NCBI GenBank assembly: GCA_026391675.1
Contig: JAPLDQ010000036.1
Coordinates: forward strand, 100,522 to 164,521
Reading direction: 5' to 3'
Origin: Bacteroidota bacterium
GTDB taxonomy: Bacteria > Bacteroidota > Bacteroidia > Bacteroidales > JACABE01
Length of the DNA stretch: 64,000 nucleotides
Part shown: in pieces, positions 1 through 9,927 of the stretch
How the letters are laid out: the number at the start of each line of letters is the position of its first letter
Position numbering within the stretch: position 1 is the stretch's first letter
Notes under the pieces: generated by a model
Databases searched by the model: none
What the model was told of the DNA's origin: nothing
The model's input: the letters and a program-made list of their open reading frames with translations, nothing else
Made by a program: the position numbers and the translations under genes

Positions 1-39
1 AGGTACAACATTTCGTATTATGCTGAAAAACAAAGTATA

Positions 40-1167
40 ATGGCAGGTATATATATTCATATTCCTTTTTGCAAACAAAAATGCCATTATTGTAATTTTT
101 ATTCTTCTGCCTCACAAAAAAATAAATCAGCTTTTCTGGAAGCACTGTTAATTGAGATTGCATCACAAAAAAACTATTTACAGCATGAAACGGTATCTAC
201 CATTTACTTTGGTGGTGGTACCCCATCTTTACTTGAACAAAAAGAAATTCAGGAAATACTTCATCAATTAAACCAATATTATAAGATTTCAGATAAAGCT
301 GAAATCACACTGGAAGCCAATCCTGATGATTTAAGCGATGAGAAATTGAAAGCATTGGCTGCAACATCAATTAATCGCTTAAGTATAGGCATACAATCCT
401 TTTTTGATGATGATTTAACATACTTAAACCGTTCCCATTCAGCAGAACAGGCAATAAGTGCAATATTAAAAGCTCAAATGGCAGGGTTTTCGAATCTTTC
501 AATCGATTTAATTTATGGTATTCCAACATTATCAAATATTGCATGGAAAGATAATATTGAAACAGTTTTAAAATTAAATATTCCGCATATCTCAGCCTAT
601 AGCTTAACCGTTGAACCAAATACTGCCCTGGATGTATTTATAAAAAAAGGCAAAATGAAGGCTGTAGATGAAGAAAAAGCTTTACAACAATTTGAAATAC
701 TCATGAATATGCTGGCTGAAGATAATTACATCCATTACGAAATATCAAATTTCTGCAAAGACGGTTTTATTTCGCAGCATAACAGCAATTACTGGAAACA
801 GAAGAAATACCTGGGACTTGGACCATCTGCCCATTCATATAACCTTACATCAAGACAATGGAATGTGGCCAGTACTTCAAAATATATCCAGGCTGTTAAA
901 AACGGGGAGCAATCTTTTGAAAAGGAGGAATTAAGTCTTTCACAGCAATTTAATGAGTATATACTTACCGGACTGAGATGCAATTGGGGTATTAATGAAA
1001 CCGAAATATTGGATAAATACGGTGTTGATAATTTTGAATATTTTATTAAAAACATTGGAAAATTTATCGATAAAGGCCTTATTGAAAACCATGAGGGATG
1101 CTATATATTAAGCAGACAAGGGAAATTTTTTGCCGATGGAATAGCCTCAGAATTATTTAAGGTTTAG
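40..1167 (+). CDS. hemW: HemW/HemN-family radical SAM protein (heme chaperone / coproporphyrinogen III oxidase-like)
   Basis: 375-aa ORF with ATG at 40. Radical-SAM Cys triad CKQKCHYC near the N-terminus, GGGTPS motif, HemN-like C-terminal region. Confidence 0.85.
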   Translation: MAGIYIHIPFCKQKCHYCNFYSSASQKNKSAFLEALLIEIASQKNYLQHETVSTIYFGGGTPSLLEQKEIQEILHQLNQYYKISDKAEITLEANPDDLSDEKLKALAATSINRLSIGIQSFFDDDLTYLNRSHSAEQAISAILKAQMAGFSNLSIDLIYGIPTLSNIAWKDNIETVLKLNIPHISAYSLTVEPNTALDVFIKKGKMKAVDEEKALQQFEILMNMLAEDNYIHYEISNFCKDGFISQHNSNYWKQKKYLGLGPSAHSYNLTSRQWNVASTSKYIQAVKNGEQSFEKEELSLSQQFNEYILTGLRCNWGINETEILDKYGVDNFEYFIKNIGKFIDKGLIENHEGCYILSRQGKFFADGIASELFKV

Positions 1168-1349
1168 CCCTTATATTCCATAAATCTGTTGGAATAAAAA
1201 AGATAAGATTGATCTCTTAATCCTCTGGTAAATTAATATTTATAGCTAAAAATTATCTTTTTTCTTAAAAAATGAAGGTAAATAAAATTTCATAATAGCT
1301 TCAATTACAATTTAATATACTTTAATACTAAAATTACCAACAAATTGCC

Positions 1350-1357
1350 TACCTTTG
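1350..1357 (+). promoter_or_regulatory. Bacteroidota -7 box (TAnnTTTG) for rluB
   Basis: TACCTTTG, 22 nt upstream of ATG 1379. Confidence 0.45.
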
Positions 1358-1378
1358 CAGTCGCATTTTATACATATC

Positions 1379-2821
1379 ATGGAAAGAAATTCAAACAGAA
1401 AAACACCTCAACAAAATAGCAGAAATAAGCATACGGATAGTGCTTCACATCATGGCAAACCTGATTTTAAGAAGAAAGCAGAACCAGGTGCAAGAAGATC
1501 CTCTTCTTTTAACCCAAGGCATGATAAAGCTGACAATACTTATGTAAAATCAAGTTATAAAGACAGGGAAGATAAACCGAAATTTACTGATAACAGAGAC
1601 AAGCCAGCTTTCCGTGATAATGATAAAAAATCATTTGACAGACCATCCCGCTTTACTAAATCCGATAATTCAGGCGAAAGAGGAGAATCAAGGTTTAAAC
1701 CAAGATTAGCTGATAAAGACAGCAAGCCGGCTTATCGTGATAAAAGCGAAAATCGCTATGGTGACAATAAGGAAAGAAGCTTTAAACCCAAATTTGCTGA
1801 TAAAGACAGCAAACCGGCTTATCGCGACAAAGGCGGGAAATCTGAATTTAAAGTAAGAAAAGCCGGTGATGCCGGTGAAGGGAAAACCCAGACAAGGGAA
1901 TATAAAAAAGGTTATCAGAAAGACGACCGTCCTTTCTCTGAAAAGAAAAGAGCTTATGATGATGATAAAACCAATGATCGTTATCTGCATAAAAATAAAC
2001 CCCGTCGCAGGACTTCTGAAATTGATCTGCCAATACGTGAACGTCCGAAAAGGGCTGATGTATTGGAATTAAAAAACTTTAAAAGCACCAATCGTCCTGC
2101 AGTTGCTGATACCATCCGTCTGAATAAATACATTTCAAATGCCGGAATATGTTCCCGCCGCGAAGCGGATGATTTAATCCAAAGCGGTGCTGTTGCTATC
2201 AACGGTGTAATTGTTACCGAATTGGGAACGAAAGTATTGCCTACTGATACGGTTCAATATGGTGGCGAAACGCTTGTTAGTGAAAAAAAGAAATACCTTT
2301 TGCTGAATAAGCCAAAAGGCTATATTACTACTGTTGAAGACCCTATGGAACGCAGAACCGTAATGGCTCTGGTTAAGGATGCCTGTAAAGAACGCCTGTA
2401 TCCTGTCGGCCGTCTCGACCGCAATACTACCGGTTTACTTATTTTTACCAACGATGGGGAAATGGCCAAAAAGCTTACCCATCCACGTTATGGAATAAAA
2501 AAAGTATACCACGTCGAACTGGACCGTGCCCTTTCAAGAGCAGATATGGATAAAATACTGGATGGCATTGAACTGGAAGATGGTATAGTTAAAGTGGATG
2601 AAATTGCTTACATTGATGAACATAAAAACAAAAAGGAAATAGGCATCGAAATTCATACAGGTAAAAATCGTGTAATCCGCCGTATATTCGAAACTTTGGG
2701 TTACGATGTTGTTAAACTTGACAGAACCATGTTTGCAGGACTTACCAAAAAAGATATTTCCCGAGGTATGTGGCGTTTCCTGACCGAAAAAGAAGTTTCT
2801 TTTTTGAAAATGTTACAATAG
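1379..2821 (+). CDS. rluB: RluB/RsuA-family rRNA pseudouridine synthase with ~245-aa K/R/D-rich N-terminal extension
   Basis: S4 domain (IRLNKYISNAGICSRREAD) followed by catalytic GRLDRNTTGLL motif. The track ORF opens at TTG 1355; the first ATG (1379) lies 22 nt after a TAnnTTTG box. Confidence 0.85.
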   Translation: MERNSNRKTPQQNSRNKHTDSASHHGKPDFKKKAEPGARRSSSFNPRHDKADNTYVKSSYKDREDKPKFTDNRDKPAFRDNDKKSFDRPSRFTKSDNSGERGESRFKPRLADKDSKPAYRDKSENRYGDNKERSFKPKFADKDSKPAYRDKGGKSEFKVRKAGDAGEGKTQTREYKKGYQKDDRPFSEKKRAYDDDKTNDRYLHKNKPRRRTSEIDLPIRERPKRADVLELKNFKSTNRPAVADTIRLNKYISNAGICSRREADDLIQSGAVAINGVIVTELGTKVLPTDTVQYGGETLVSEKKKYLLLNKPKGYITTVEDPMERRTVMALVKDACKERLYPVGRLDRNTTGLLIFTNDGEMAKKLTHPRYGIKKVYHVELDRALSRADMDKILDGIELEDGIVKVDEIAYIDEHKNKKEIGIEIHTGKNRVIRRIFETLGYDVVKLDRTMFAGLTKKDISRGMWRFLTEKEVSFLKMLQ

Positions 2822-2844
2822 AACAGGCTTTAAAAATATCTATT

Positions 2845-3459
2845 ATGGAAGACAATGAAGAAAATCCATCTGCTATTGATAAACTGATTGCATTTACTGA
2901 AAAAACAAACAGGAAAATATATTTCGCAGAATATATGTATCCGGGTATTTTAAGTAAAAATGCTAACCATAAAAGAACAGTTTACATCCCGGATACTGCT
3001 GAAGAACTCATCTTTTTGATTGCTTATCAGGATCCTAAAAGCATGAGTGAAAACGAACTTTTTTTTGGAGCATTTTTCCCAATTTCTATTTCAACCTCAT
3101 CCACGATGAATATCCGGAAAAAAGATATCATAGATAAAATTAATCCATTCCTGAAACATAAGATTTTTAAAACCGGAACAGAGCAATTCGATGCTTCTGC
3201 CATTATTTCCGGCAATGATGAAACCCTGGTTTCAAAATATTTTCTTCAGTATAACATGCAAAATCTTGTATTGGATTCGCTGGACATCAGCAATGCCATA
3301 AATATCGGCATAAATGAACTTGATCTTGATTTTGTACCGGCATTTAAAAACAAATCACATATCGGAATTTTCACCAGACAAAAATGGTTGGTTGATAATG
3401 CAATTATAGAAAAGTTGTTTAAAAATATTGAAATGTTCAGAAAGCATATCAATGAATAA
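2845..3459 (+). CDS. hypothetical protein
   Basis: Track ORF 2770..3459 overlaps the rluB 3' end. The first ATG (2845, MEDNEEN...) is 24 nt past the rluB stop. No motif recognised. Confidence 0.5.
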   Translation: MEDNEENPSAIDKLIAFTEKTNRKIYFAEYMYPGILSKNANHKRTVYIPDTAEELIFLIAYQDPKSMSENELFFGAFFPISISTSSTMNIRKKDIIDKINPFLKHKIFKTGTEQFDASAIISGNDETLVSKYFLQYNMQNLVLDSLDISNAINIGINELDLDFVPAFKNKSHIGIFTRQKWLVDNAIIEKLFKNIEMFRKHINE

Positions 3460-3507
3460 AACAATAATATCAAGCTATTTGAGTTTATAGAAAAATGCTT
3501 TTAAATA

Positions 3508-6156
3508 ATGATAGCAACTGCCAATAAACAAAAAATCAAAAAATATCTGATCAGAATTTTTTTAGGGATTCTGATTTTTTTGTTTTTAGCCCTGGGTAGT
3601 GGTTCTTTGCTGATTTATTACAATCAGGACAGCATTAAAAAAATCTTCATTTCAGAAATTAATAAATCCCTTCAAACCGAAATCAGTGTTAAGGATATTG
3701 AGTTTTCTATTTTTGATAAATTTCCCAATGCTTCATTATGTTTTAAAGAAATCGTGGCAAAAGATGCTACAACTGATTCGATAAAAGATACATTACTCAT
3801 AGCCAAATCGCTTTATCTTGAGTTCAATATCATGGATTTGTATTATAAACAATACCGTATCAAAAATATTGAGTTGAACGATGCCGCTATAAAACTTAAA
3901 GTTGACATTGATGGAAACGATAATTATCATTTCTGGAAACCCTCAACAAATCAGGATAAAACCACATTTAATTTCAGCCTGAAAAAAGTAAGCTTCAACA
4001 ATGTAAATATTAAATATTTCGATAAGGCAAATCAGCAGTATTATGACATCTTACTCCAAAATGCTATGGCAAAAGGAGATTTCTCTAATGATATTCAGGT
4101 TTTGAACCTTAAAGGAGATTTGGTAGTGCATCATTTTCAATCAGGTGATATGGTGTATTTCAAGAACGAAAAGGCAAAACTGGATGTCGGCGGCAACATC
4201 AATACTCTTGAAAAATCTGTGGAAATACTACATGGCAACCTTATGCTTAACGACTTAAGCTTCCTTGTCAATGGCAAAATCTTTTATGCAGAAAATCACA
4301 AAACACTTCAACTGAAAATTACAGGTAACGACCTTAAATTGCATCATTTCATTAAAGAATTTCCTGAAAAATATCAATCCTATCTGAATAATTACGAAAG
4401 CAAGGGTAAACTGAATTTTACAATGGATATCAGCGGAGAATACGGAAATGAGCATTTCCCATTGGTTACAGCTGATTTTAATCTGCAACAGGGCGAAATT
4501 TACCATAAAACTACTAAAGCCAGACTTAGCAATGTTGTCATTAAAGGAAATTATTCAAACGCTGAAAACACTAAAGAGAAAAAAGCTGTCCTCAGTATAC
4601 AGCAGTTTGCCTGTAGGCTTAAGAATGGCACTATAAATGCCAGTTTCACTTATACTGATTTCAACAACCCCTATATCGACTGCAATGCCAATGCCAGTCT
4701 GGAGTTGAATGATGTGGCTGAATTTGTAAAATCAGCACAGCTTAAAACAATGCAGGGCAAGTTGGTTTTAAACCTTAATTATAAAGGTAAAGTTAACACC
4801 AAAGCCCTTAAGATTGCTGATTTTATTAACAGTCAGACCACAGGACAGGCCAGCCTCAGCAATGTTCAGGTGGAACTGAATAATGATACAAGAACTTACC
4901 GCAACTTCAATGCTGTGTTTAACTTTACCAATAATGATATTGAAATACAATCCTTTAGCGGCAATATTTCAAACAGCGATTTAAGCATGAAAGGTTATTT
5001 CAGGAATGTAATCCCCTACCTCTTTTTAGAAAATCAGAAAATTGAAATCAATGCTGATTTGTATTCAAATAATATGGATGTGGATGAATTAATGAATAAG
5101 AAAGTAACGAATACCAGCCGGGGTGAATTTCAACTGAGTGATAATTATAATTTCTCTTTACTTCTGCATGCTAAAAAAATAAAGTATAAAAAATTCAATG
5201 CAGCTAATGTTAGTGGAAAGCTGAGCTATCTGAACCATGTTTTAAAAGCTGAAGATTTAGAAATGGAGAGCCTGGGCGGAAAAATTAAAGGAATACTTAT
5301 GGTTGACGGCTCTCAAAAAGGCAAATTCCTCATCAGTTGTGATATAAATACCGAAAAGATTAATGCCACACAGGCTTTTTATGTTTTTGACGATTTCGGG
5401 CAGAATAGCATGAAAGCTAATAATATCAGCGGATTAATAACGGCCAACATTCAGTTTGCAGCCCTGTTTAACCTCTATTTACAAATTGATAAAAAAACAA
5501 TCTGGTCTAAAATAAACCTTAAAATTGAAAACGGTAAACTGATTAATTACCCGCCTTTAATGAAATTATCCAAATTTATTGATGCAGATGATTTAAAAGA
5601 AGTGAATTTTAAAACCCTGCAAAATCAGATTATTATCAAAGACGAAAATATAAGCATACCGGCTATGGAAATACAATCCTCTGCCATAAACCTTGGTATA
5701 GCCGGCGAACATCAGTTCAGCAATACTATAAATTATCGTATCCAGCTGCTGTTGTCGGAACTCAGTTCAAAAAAGCGGAAATTAAAAAAGCAGCAACAAC
5801 AAAGCAATCAGGAATTTGGTTACGAAGAAGACGATGGGTTGGGAAGATCCAAACTTTTTCTGAAGGTAACCGGAACTATCGATAATCCGCATTTCAGCTA
5901 TGATACCAAAGGGCTGAAGGAAAAACTGAAGCTTGATTTTAAAAACGAAAAAACCAATTTAAACAACATCTTAAAAGAAGAATTCAAATGGCTCCGCCGA
6001 GATTCAGCTGAGATTATACAGCAACAGCGTTTTAAAATCCAGGAAAAAGGGAAATTCGTCATCGATTGGGATGAGGAAACCAAAGAAAAACCCAAAAAGA
6101 CAGTTCAAAAAGACAGTCTGCCACAATCCAAAACAAAAATTAAATGGGATGATTAA
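3508..6156 (+). CDS. AsmA-family envelope biogenesis protein
   Basis: 882 aa with one N-terminal TM helix (IFLGILIFLFLALGSGSLLIYY), a long beta-rich body and a K/E-rich tail. This architecture is typical of AsmA-like proteins. Confidence 0.6.
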   Translation: MIATANKQKIKKYLIRIFLGILIFLFLALGSGSLLIYYNQDSIKKIFISEINKSLQTEISVKDIEFSIFDKFPNASLCFKEIVAKDATTDSIKDTLLIAKSLYLEFNIMDLYYKQYRIKNIELNDAAIKLKVDIDGNDNYHFWKPSTNQDKTTFNFSLKKVSFNNVNIKYFDKANQQYYDILLQNAMAKGDFSNDIQVLNLKGDLVVHHFQSGDMVYFKNEKAKLDVGGNINTLEKSVEILHGNLMLNDLSFLVNGKIFYAENHKTLQLKITGNDLKLHHFIKEFPEKYQSYLNNYESKGKLNFTMDISGEYGNEHFPLVTADFNLQQGEIYHKTTKARLSNVVIKGNYSNAENTKEKKAVLSIQQFACRLKNGTINASFTYTDFNNPYIDCNANASLELNDVAEFVKSAQLKTMQGKLVLNLNYKGKVNTKALKIADFINSQTTGQASLSNVQVELNNDTRTYRNFNAVFNFTNNDIEIQSFSGNISNSDLSMKGYFRNVIPYLFLENQKIEINADLYSNNMDVDELMNKKVTNTSRGEFQLSDNYNFSLLLHAKKIKYKKFNAANVSGKLSYLNHVLKAEDLEMESLGGKIKGILMVDGSQKGKFLISCDINTEKINATQAFYVFDDFGQNSMKANNISGLITANIQFAALFNLYLQIDKKTIWSKINLKIENGKLINYPPLMKLSKFIDADDLKEVNFKTLQNQIIIKDENISIPAMEIQSSAINLGIAGEHQFSNTINYRIQLLLSELSSKKRKLKKQQQQSNQEFGYEEDDGLGRSKLFLKVTGTIDNPHFSYDTKGLKEKLKLDFKNEKTNLNNILKEEFKWLRRDSAEIIQQQRFKIQEKGKFVIDWDEETKEKPKKTVQKDSLPQSKTKIKWDD

Positions 6157-6285
6157 TAATCAAGAATAAGAAAATAGGATAAACTGCCTACAAAGCTGTG
6201 AATGACTTTAAATTTTCTGTTCTTTTTTTAACAGGAGAATGCAGCGCATTTAGCAGCACAATCTCCTCCACCACAAATATACCAA

Positions 6286-6309
6286 TAACTTATTAACTTA
6301 ATAACTTAT
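6286..6309. repeat. three tandem 8-bp units TAACTTAW
   Basis: TAACTTAT TAACTTAA TAACTTAT, lying 23 nt upstream of the TAnnTTTG box in front of upxY. Confidence 0.65.
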
Positions 6310-6331
6310 TTCAGTATTCGTTTTTTTTCCT

Positions 6332-6339
6332 TAATTTTG
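6332..6339 (+). promoter_or_regulatory. Bacteroidota -7 box for upxY
   Basis: TAATTTTG, 35 nt upstream of ATG 6374. Confidence 0.4.
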
Positions 6340-6373
6340 AAGCCATAAAATATGATGGCAAATAATTTGCAAC

Positions 6374-6901
6374 ATGGGCTATAATTGGTATGCATTATAT
6401 ACTTTCCCGAGATTCGAGAAAAAGATATATAAAAGGCTTACAGACAGAGGAATTGAAACTTATTTACCACTTCAGAAAAAGCTACGGATCTGGAAGGACA
6501 GGAAAAAATGGATAGAAGAACCCTTGTTACGTTCTTATGTTTTTGTAAAAGCAAGCGAATTAGAATACTATACCATACTCAACATTGAAGGTGTTGTTAG
6601 ATATGTCAGTTTCTCAGGAAAAGCAGCTATTATTCCGGAATGGCAGATTCAAGCCATGCAGAAATTAATAGATACTGACTGTGAAATTACCATCAGCAGT
6701 AAAGATTTTAAACCGGGCAACAAGATTCGCATTATTACCGGAGTTTTAGCCGGTTTTGAAGGAGAACTGATATCCTATATGGGTAAAAAAAGGGTTGTTA
6801 TCCGTATCAGTCAGATTGCACGTTCAATAGTAGTTACGCTACCATTAACAGACTTAGAAATTGCTGAAAGTACAAACAAAAAAAATGTTTTATTAAAATA
6901 G
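6374..6901 (+). CDS. UpxY-family (NusG-like) transcription antiterminator
   Basis: N-terminal WYALYT...EKK NGN-type motif and a C-terminal KOW-like segment (GNKIRIITGVLAGFEGELI). Lies at the head of sugar-nucleotide genes, as in Bacteroides capsule loci. Confidence 0.8.
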   Translation: MGYNWYALYTFPRFEKKIYKRLTDRGIETYLPLQKKLRIWKDRKKWIEEPLLRSYVFVKASELEYYTILNIEGVVRYVSFSGKAAIIPEWQIQAMQKLIDTDCEITISSKDFKPGNKIRIITGVLAGFEGELISYMGKKRVVIRISQIARSIVVTLPLTDLEIAESTNKKNVLLK

Positions 6902-6919
6902 AAACAAAAAATACAAGAA

Positions 6920-8200
6920 ATGAATTCACACAAAATTTGCATGATAGGATTGGGCTACGTTGGCTTACCATTAGCTGTTGAATTTGCTAAACATTATGCT
7001 GTTACAGGATTTGATATCCGTCAGTCCCGCATTGACGAACTTTATCAGGGTCATGATCATACACTGGAAGTTGATGATGATAACTTAAAATCTGTTTTAT
7101 TGTCAGAGAAACCTCATGATAAAGGCCTTTTCCTTTCAAGTAAGCTGGATGATATCCGCGATTGCAATATTTATATTGTTACCGTTCCTACCCCTGTTGA
7201 TAAAAACAACCGTCCTGATTTAACCCCTCTTATTAAATCAAGCGAAACGATAGGGAAAGTCATAAGCAAAGGTGATATCGTTATTTACGAATCTACTGTT
7301 TATCCGGGCTGTACCGAAGAAGATTGTTTGCCTGTGATTGAAAAAGCATCAGGGATGAAACTGAATGCAGACTTTTACGCAGGTTACTCACCGGAACGTA
7401 TCAATCCCGGCGATAAGGAACATACAGTAACAACCATTCATAAGGTAACTTCAGGTTCAACCCCTGAAATAGCAGAAGTGGTGGATCTGTTGTATAAAAA
7501 AGTTATCAAGGCAGGAACCCACAAAGCGCCTTCCATTCGTGTTGCTGAAACAGCTAAAGTTATAGAAAATTCGCAGCGTGATATTAATATAGCATTTGTA
7601 AATGAACTGGCACGTATATGTGCTCACATGAATCTGGATACCCGTGCCGTTCTGGATGCAGCAGGCACAAAGTGGAACTTTTTAAAGTTCTCACCGGGTT
7701 TGGTTGGAGGTCATTGTATAGGTGTTGATCCTTATTATATCGCACAGAAAGCACAGGAAATGGGTTATCATCCTGAAATTATACTTGCAGGCCGTCGTAT
7801 GAACGATGGTATGGGAGCATGGATAGCTTCGCAGATTGTGAAACTGATGATAAAAAAAGATATATCAATCAATAAATCAAAAGTATTGGTATTGGGTATT
7901 ACTTTTAAGGAAAACTGTCCTGATGTTCGCAATACCAAAGTTATTGATGTTGTAAATGAGTTGCGTCAGTTTGGATGCCATGTAGATATTCACGATCCAT
8001 GGGCTAATGCTGAAGAAGTAAAGCACGAATACAATGAAAATCTGGTTAACGAAATAAATTTTGAAAACTACAATACCATTGTATTGGCAGTTGCCCACAA
8101 TGAATTCAAAGCACTTGATTTTACCATTAGGAATAAAAATAGTGTCCTTTATGATATCAAATCCTTATTGCCTAAAGAAATAGTTGACGGTAGGTTATAA
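6920..8200 (+). CDS. UDP-N-acetyl-hexosamine 6-dehydrogenase-type nucleotide-sugar dehydrogenase (WbpO/TviB/Cap5O-like)
   Basis: Rossmann motif IGLGYVGLP and catalytic-Cys segment GLVGGHCIGVDPYY. The 426-aa length is typical of the family. Confidence 0.85.
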   Translation: MNSHKICMIGLGYVGLPLAVEFAKHYAVTGFDIRQSRIDELYQGHDHTLEVDDDNLKSVLLSEKPHDKGLFLSSKLDDIRDCNIYIVTVPTPVDKNNRPDLTPLIKSSETIGKVISKGDIVIYESTVYPGCTEEDCLPVIEKASGMKLNADFYAGYSPERINPGDKEHTVTTIHKVTSGSTPEIAEVVDLLYKKVIKAGTHKAPSIRVAETAKVIENSQRDINIAFVNELARICAHMNLDTRAVLDAAGTKWNFLKFSPGLVGGHCIGVDPYYIAQKAQEMGYHPEIILAGRRMNDGMGAWIASQIVKLMIKKDISINKSKVLVLGITFKENCPDVRNTKVIDVVNELRQFGCHVDIHDPWANAEEVKHEYNENLVNEINFENYNTIVLAVAHNEFKALDFTIRNKNSVLYDIKSLLPKEIVDGRL

Positions 8201-8219
8201 GATTAATATTAAATATAAG

Positions 8220-8258
8220 AAAAGCTGATATTGTGGAATAGCAATATCAGCTTTTTTG
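8220..8258. terminator. bidirectional rho-independent terminator between convergent genes
   Basis: AAAAGCTGATATTG-(8 nt loop)-CAATATCAGCTTTT, a 14-bp perfect stem with an A-run before and a T-run after. Confidence 0.8.
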
Positions 8259-8281
8259 TTTTTTAGTCAAACCAAATCGTT

Positions 8282-9892
8282 TTAAAAATCGTAATAGAAA
8301 TTGTGCAAACTCGTTCGCAGACCTATATAAAAATAAGCAGTATGGTATTTGTAGGAATCGGTAAACTCATACCTGTCAGTAATGCCAATGCTGATATTTA
8401 AATTGGCAGATGGATTTACCAGATAGGATAATCTTAAATCGTTATATATAAGATTTGTTTTTATTCCCTGTCCTAGAAAATTATTATAATCCCGGGGATG
8501 ATCGTCATAGGATCTAAAAATATCCTTACCAAAATTAACACCGGCGCTATCTTCACCATAACAGATGTAATTTAACTTGTATTCAGCAAAGAACCGCTTA
8601 TAACTATATTTTACAATTGTAACGGATTCCCAGAAGTTAGCCCCAACCGGATGGGCAAGTGCTTCGTTATAATGTCCGTAATTTTGCAGTGACGAACGGT
8701 GAGAATACGTATAAGGTTTTACATAATTAAATTCAGTTTGTAAATACAGGGACTTTATATTAAATAAATCAAAGGCTTTGGCCCCGATCTGGAAAGCCTG
8801 CTTATTGCCCCACCAGCCATTTCTGGCTAATATTTCACTTAACTTGAATTCGTCTATTAATATTTGACCATATAAAACATAATTATCAGCAATTTTATAG
8901 GAAATATTTGTACCTATTAATGCATTATCAGGTGAACCCAAAGAGAATTCAACAGGACGATAAAAAATAACCGGATTTAAATAATTAACATCAAAGCCTC
9001 TGTACCCACTACTATCCTGTGCGTTCCAGATAATGGCCTCAAACAGCCCAATGTTTAAACGCTTATTAACAGCATAACTTAAATAATGAAATGTTCCATA
9101 TTTCTTATGAAAACCTAAATCGTAAGTATGGGGTGTTTTTAAGTCCTGAAATTCGGCATACAGATTGGTATATTTAAATCGCCATACATTAGTTGTTATT
9201 TTTAAATATGGATAGTTAAAAGCATTGTCGGACAGCAAGAGTGAGCGATAACCATCACCAATAAAATTTTTACCATGACCAAACTGAAAATTAAAATATT
9301 TTGATGGTGTATAGGAAATATATCCGCTTGCCCAGGCAAAATCAAAAGCGTTTTTACCAAAAAGTCTGATCATACCCTGCCCGGGGACAACCTGAGTATT
9401 CAGGATATTCCGGCTTAAATAATCAGGAAATGAAGCCTGATTTTCGTAAAATGTGGTTGAAAATGAAAATTGCTTACCTATATTGCCTTCAATAAGAAAA
9501 CCTCTGGTATTAACGTAATTATATGATTTGTTACCATTTACTTCTTTCCCGAATTCAAAGTTAAAAACAGGGTCTATTGTAGCTTTAAAGCCATCCTTAT
9601 CAATAGTAAAGAGATGTTCGTTAAAAATTTTATTCCAAACGGTATTTGGAAACTTCTTTCCAAAATCGTGTTTTAATATAAAGGATTGCTGTACTGAATC
9701 TGTACTGATAATTTTATCAATATCAGCGGTTAAATAGGGCTTTACAGAAGTATGAAAAATATTTTCAGGAGAATAAATTGCTTTATCAATCTGATATAAA
9801 AAAGGGTTGGCTAATGGATAATTTAACTGCTGTGCCTGTATAACTAATCCGGAGAGTAACAAATATAGTAAGCATATTTTTTTGGACATCAT
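8282..9892 (-). CDS. Wzi/RemB-like outer-membrane beta-barrel (capsule assembly family)
   Basis: Signal peptide (LLSGLVIQAQQ) and an aromatic-rich beta-barrel ending in ...YYDF. The FGHGKNFIGDGYRSLLLSD segment resembles the Wzi family. The track start is TTG 9895; ATGs occur at 9892 and 9889. Confidence 0.5.
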   Translation of the reverse strand: MMSKKICLLYLLLSGLVIQAQQLNYPLANPFLYQIDKAIYSPENIFHTSVKPYLTADIDKIISTDSVQQSFILKHDFGKKFPNTVWNKIFNEHLFTIDKDGFKATIDPVFNFEFGKEVNGNKSYNYVNTRGFLIEGNIGKQFSFSTTFYENQASFPDYLSRNILNTQVVPGQGMIRLFGKNAFDFAWASGYISYTPSKYFNFQFGHGKNFIGDGYRSLLLSDNAFNYPYLKITTNVWRFKYTNLYAEFQDLKTPHTYDLGFHKKYGTFHYLSYAVNKRLNIGLFEAIIWNAQDSSGYRGFDVNYLNPVIFYRPVEFSLGSPDNALIGTNISYKIADNYVLYGQILIDEFKLSEILARNGWWGNKQAFQIGAKAFDLFNIKSLYLQTEFNYVKPYTYSHRSSLQNYGHYNEALAHPVGANFWESVTIVKYSYKRFFAEYKLNYICYGEDSAGVNFGKDIFRSYDDHPRDYNNFLGQGIKTNLIYNDLRLSYLVNPSANLNISIGITDRYEFTDSYKYHTAYFYIGLRTSLHNFYYDF

Positions 9893-9927
9893 CAAAAGAA
9901 TTAGTTGAACTACTAAAATTGAAATTA

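Noticed and set aside
371-1055. Track ORFs 371..619(-) and 789..1055(-), and similar 60-110-aa ORFs antisense to long genes. Examples: 1706..2202, 4255..4506, 10652..10921, 11469..11909, 20371..20637, 25117..25332, 37849..38175, 40532..40816, 53051..53377, 63463..63757.
   Set aside because: Each lies entirely inside a longer ORF on the other strand or frame that has clear family motifs. Their translations are low-complexity or hydrophobic, as expected from antisense reading of AT-rich coding DNA.
1174-1196. Hairpin TATTCCA-(9 nt)-TGGAATA after hemW as a terminator.
   Set aside because: It has only 7 AT-rich base pairs and is followed by an A-run rather than a T-run on the coding strand. Too weak to call.
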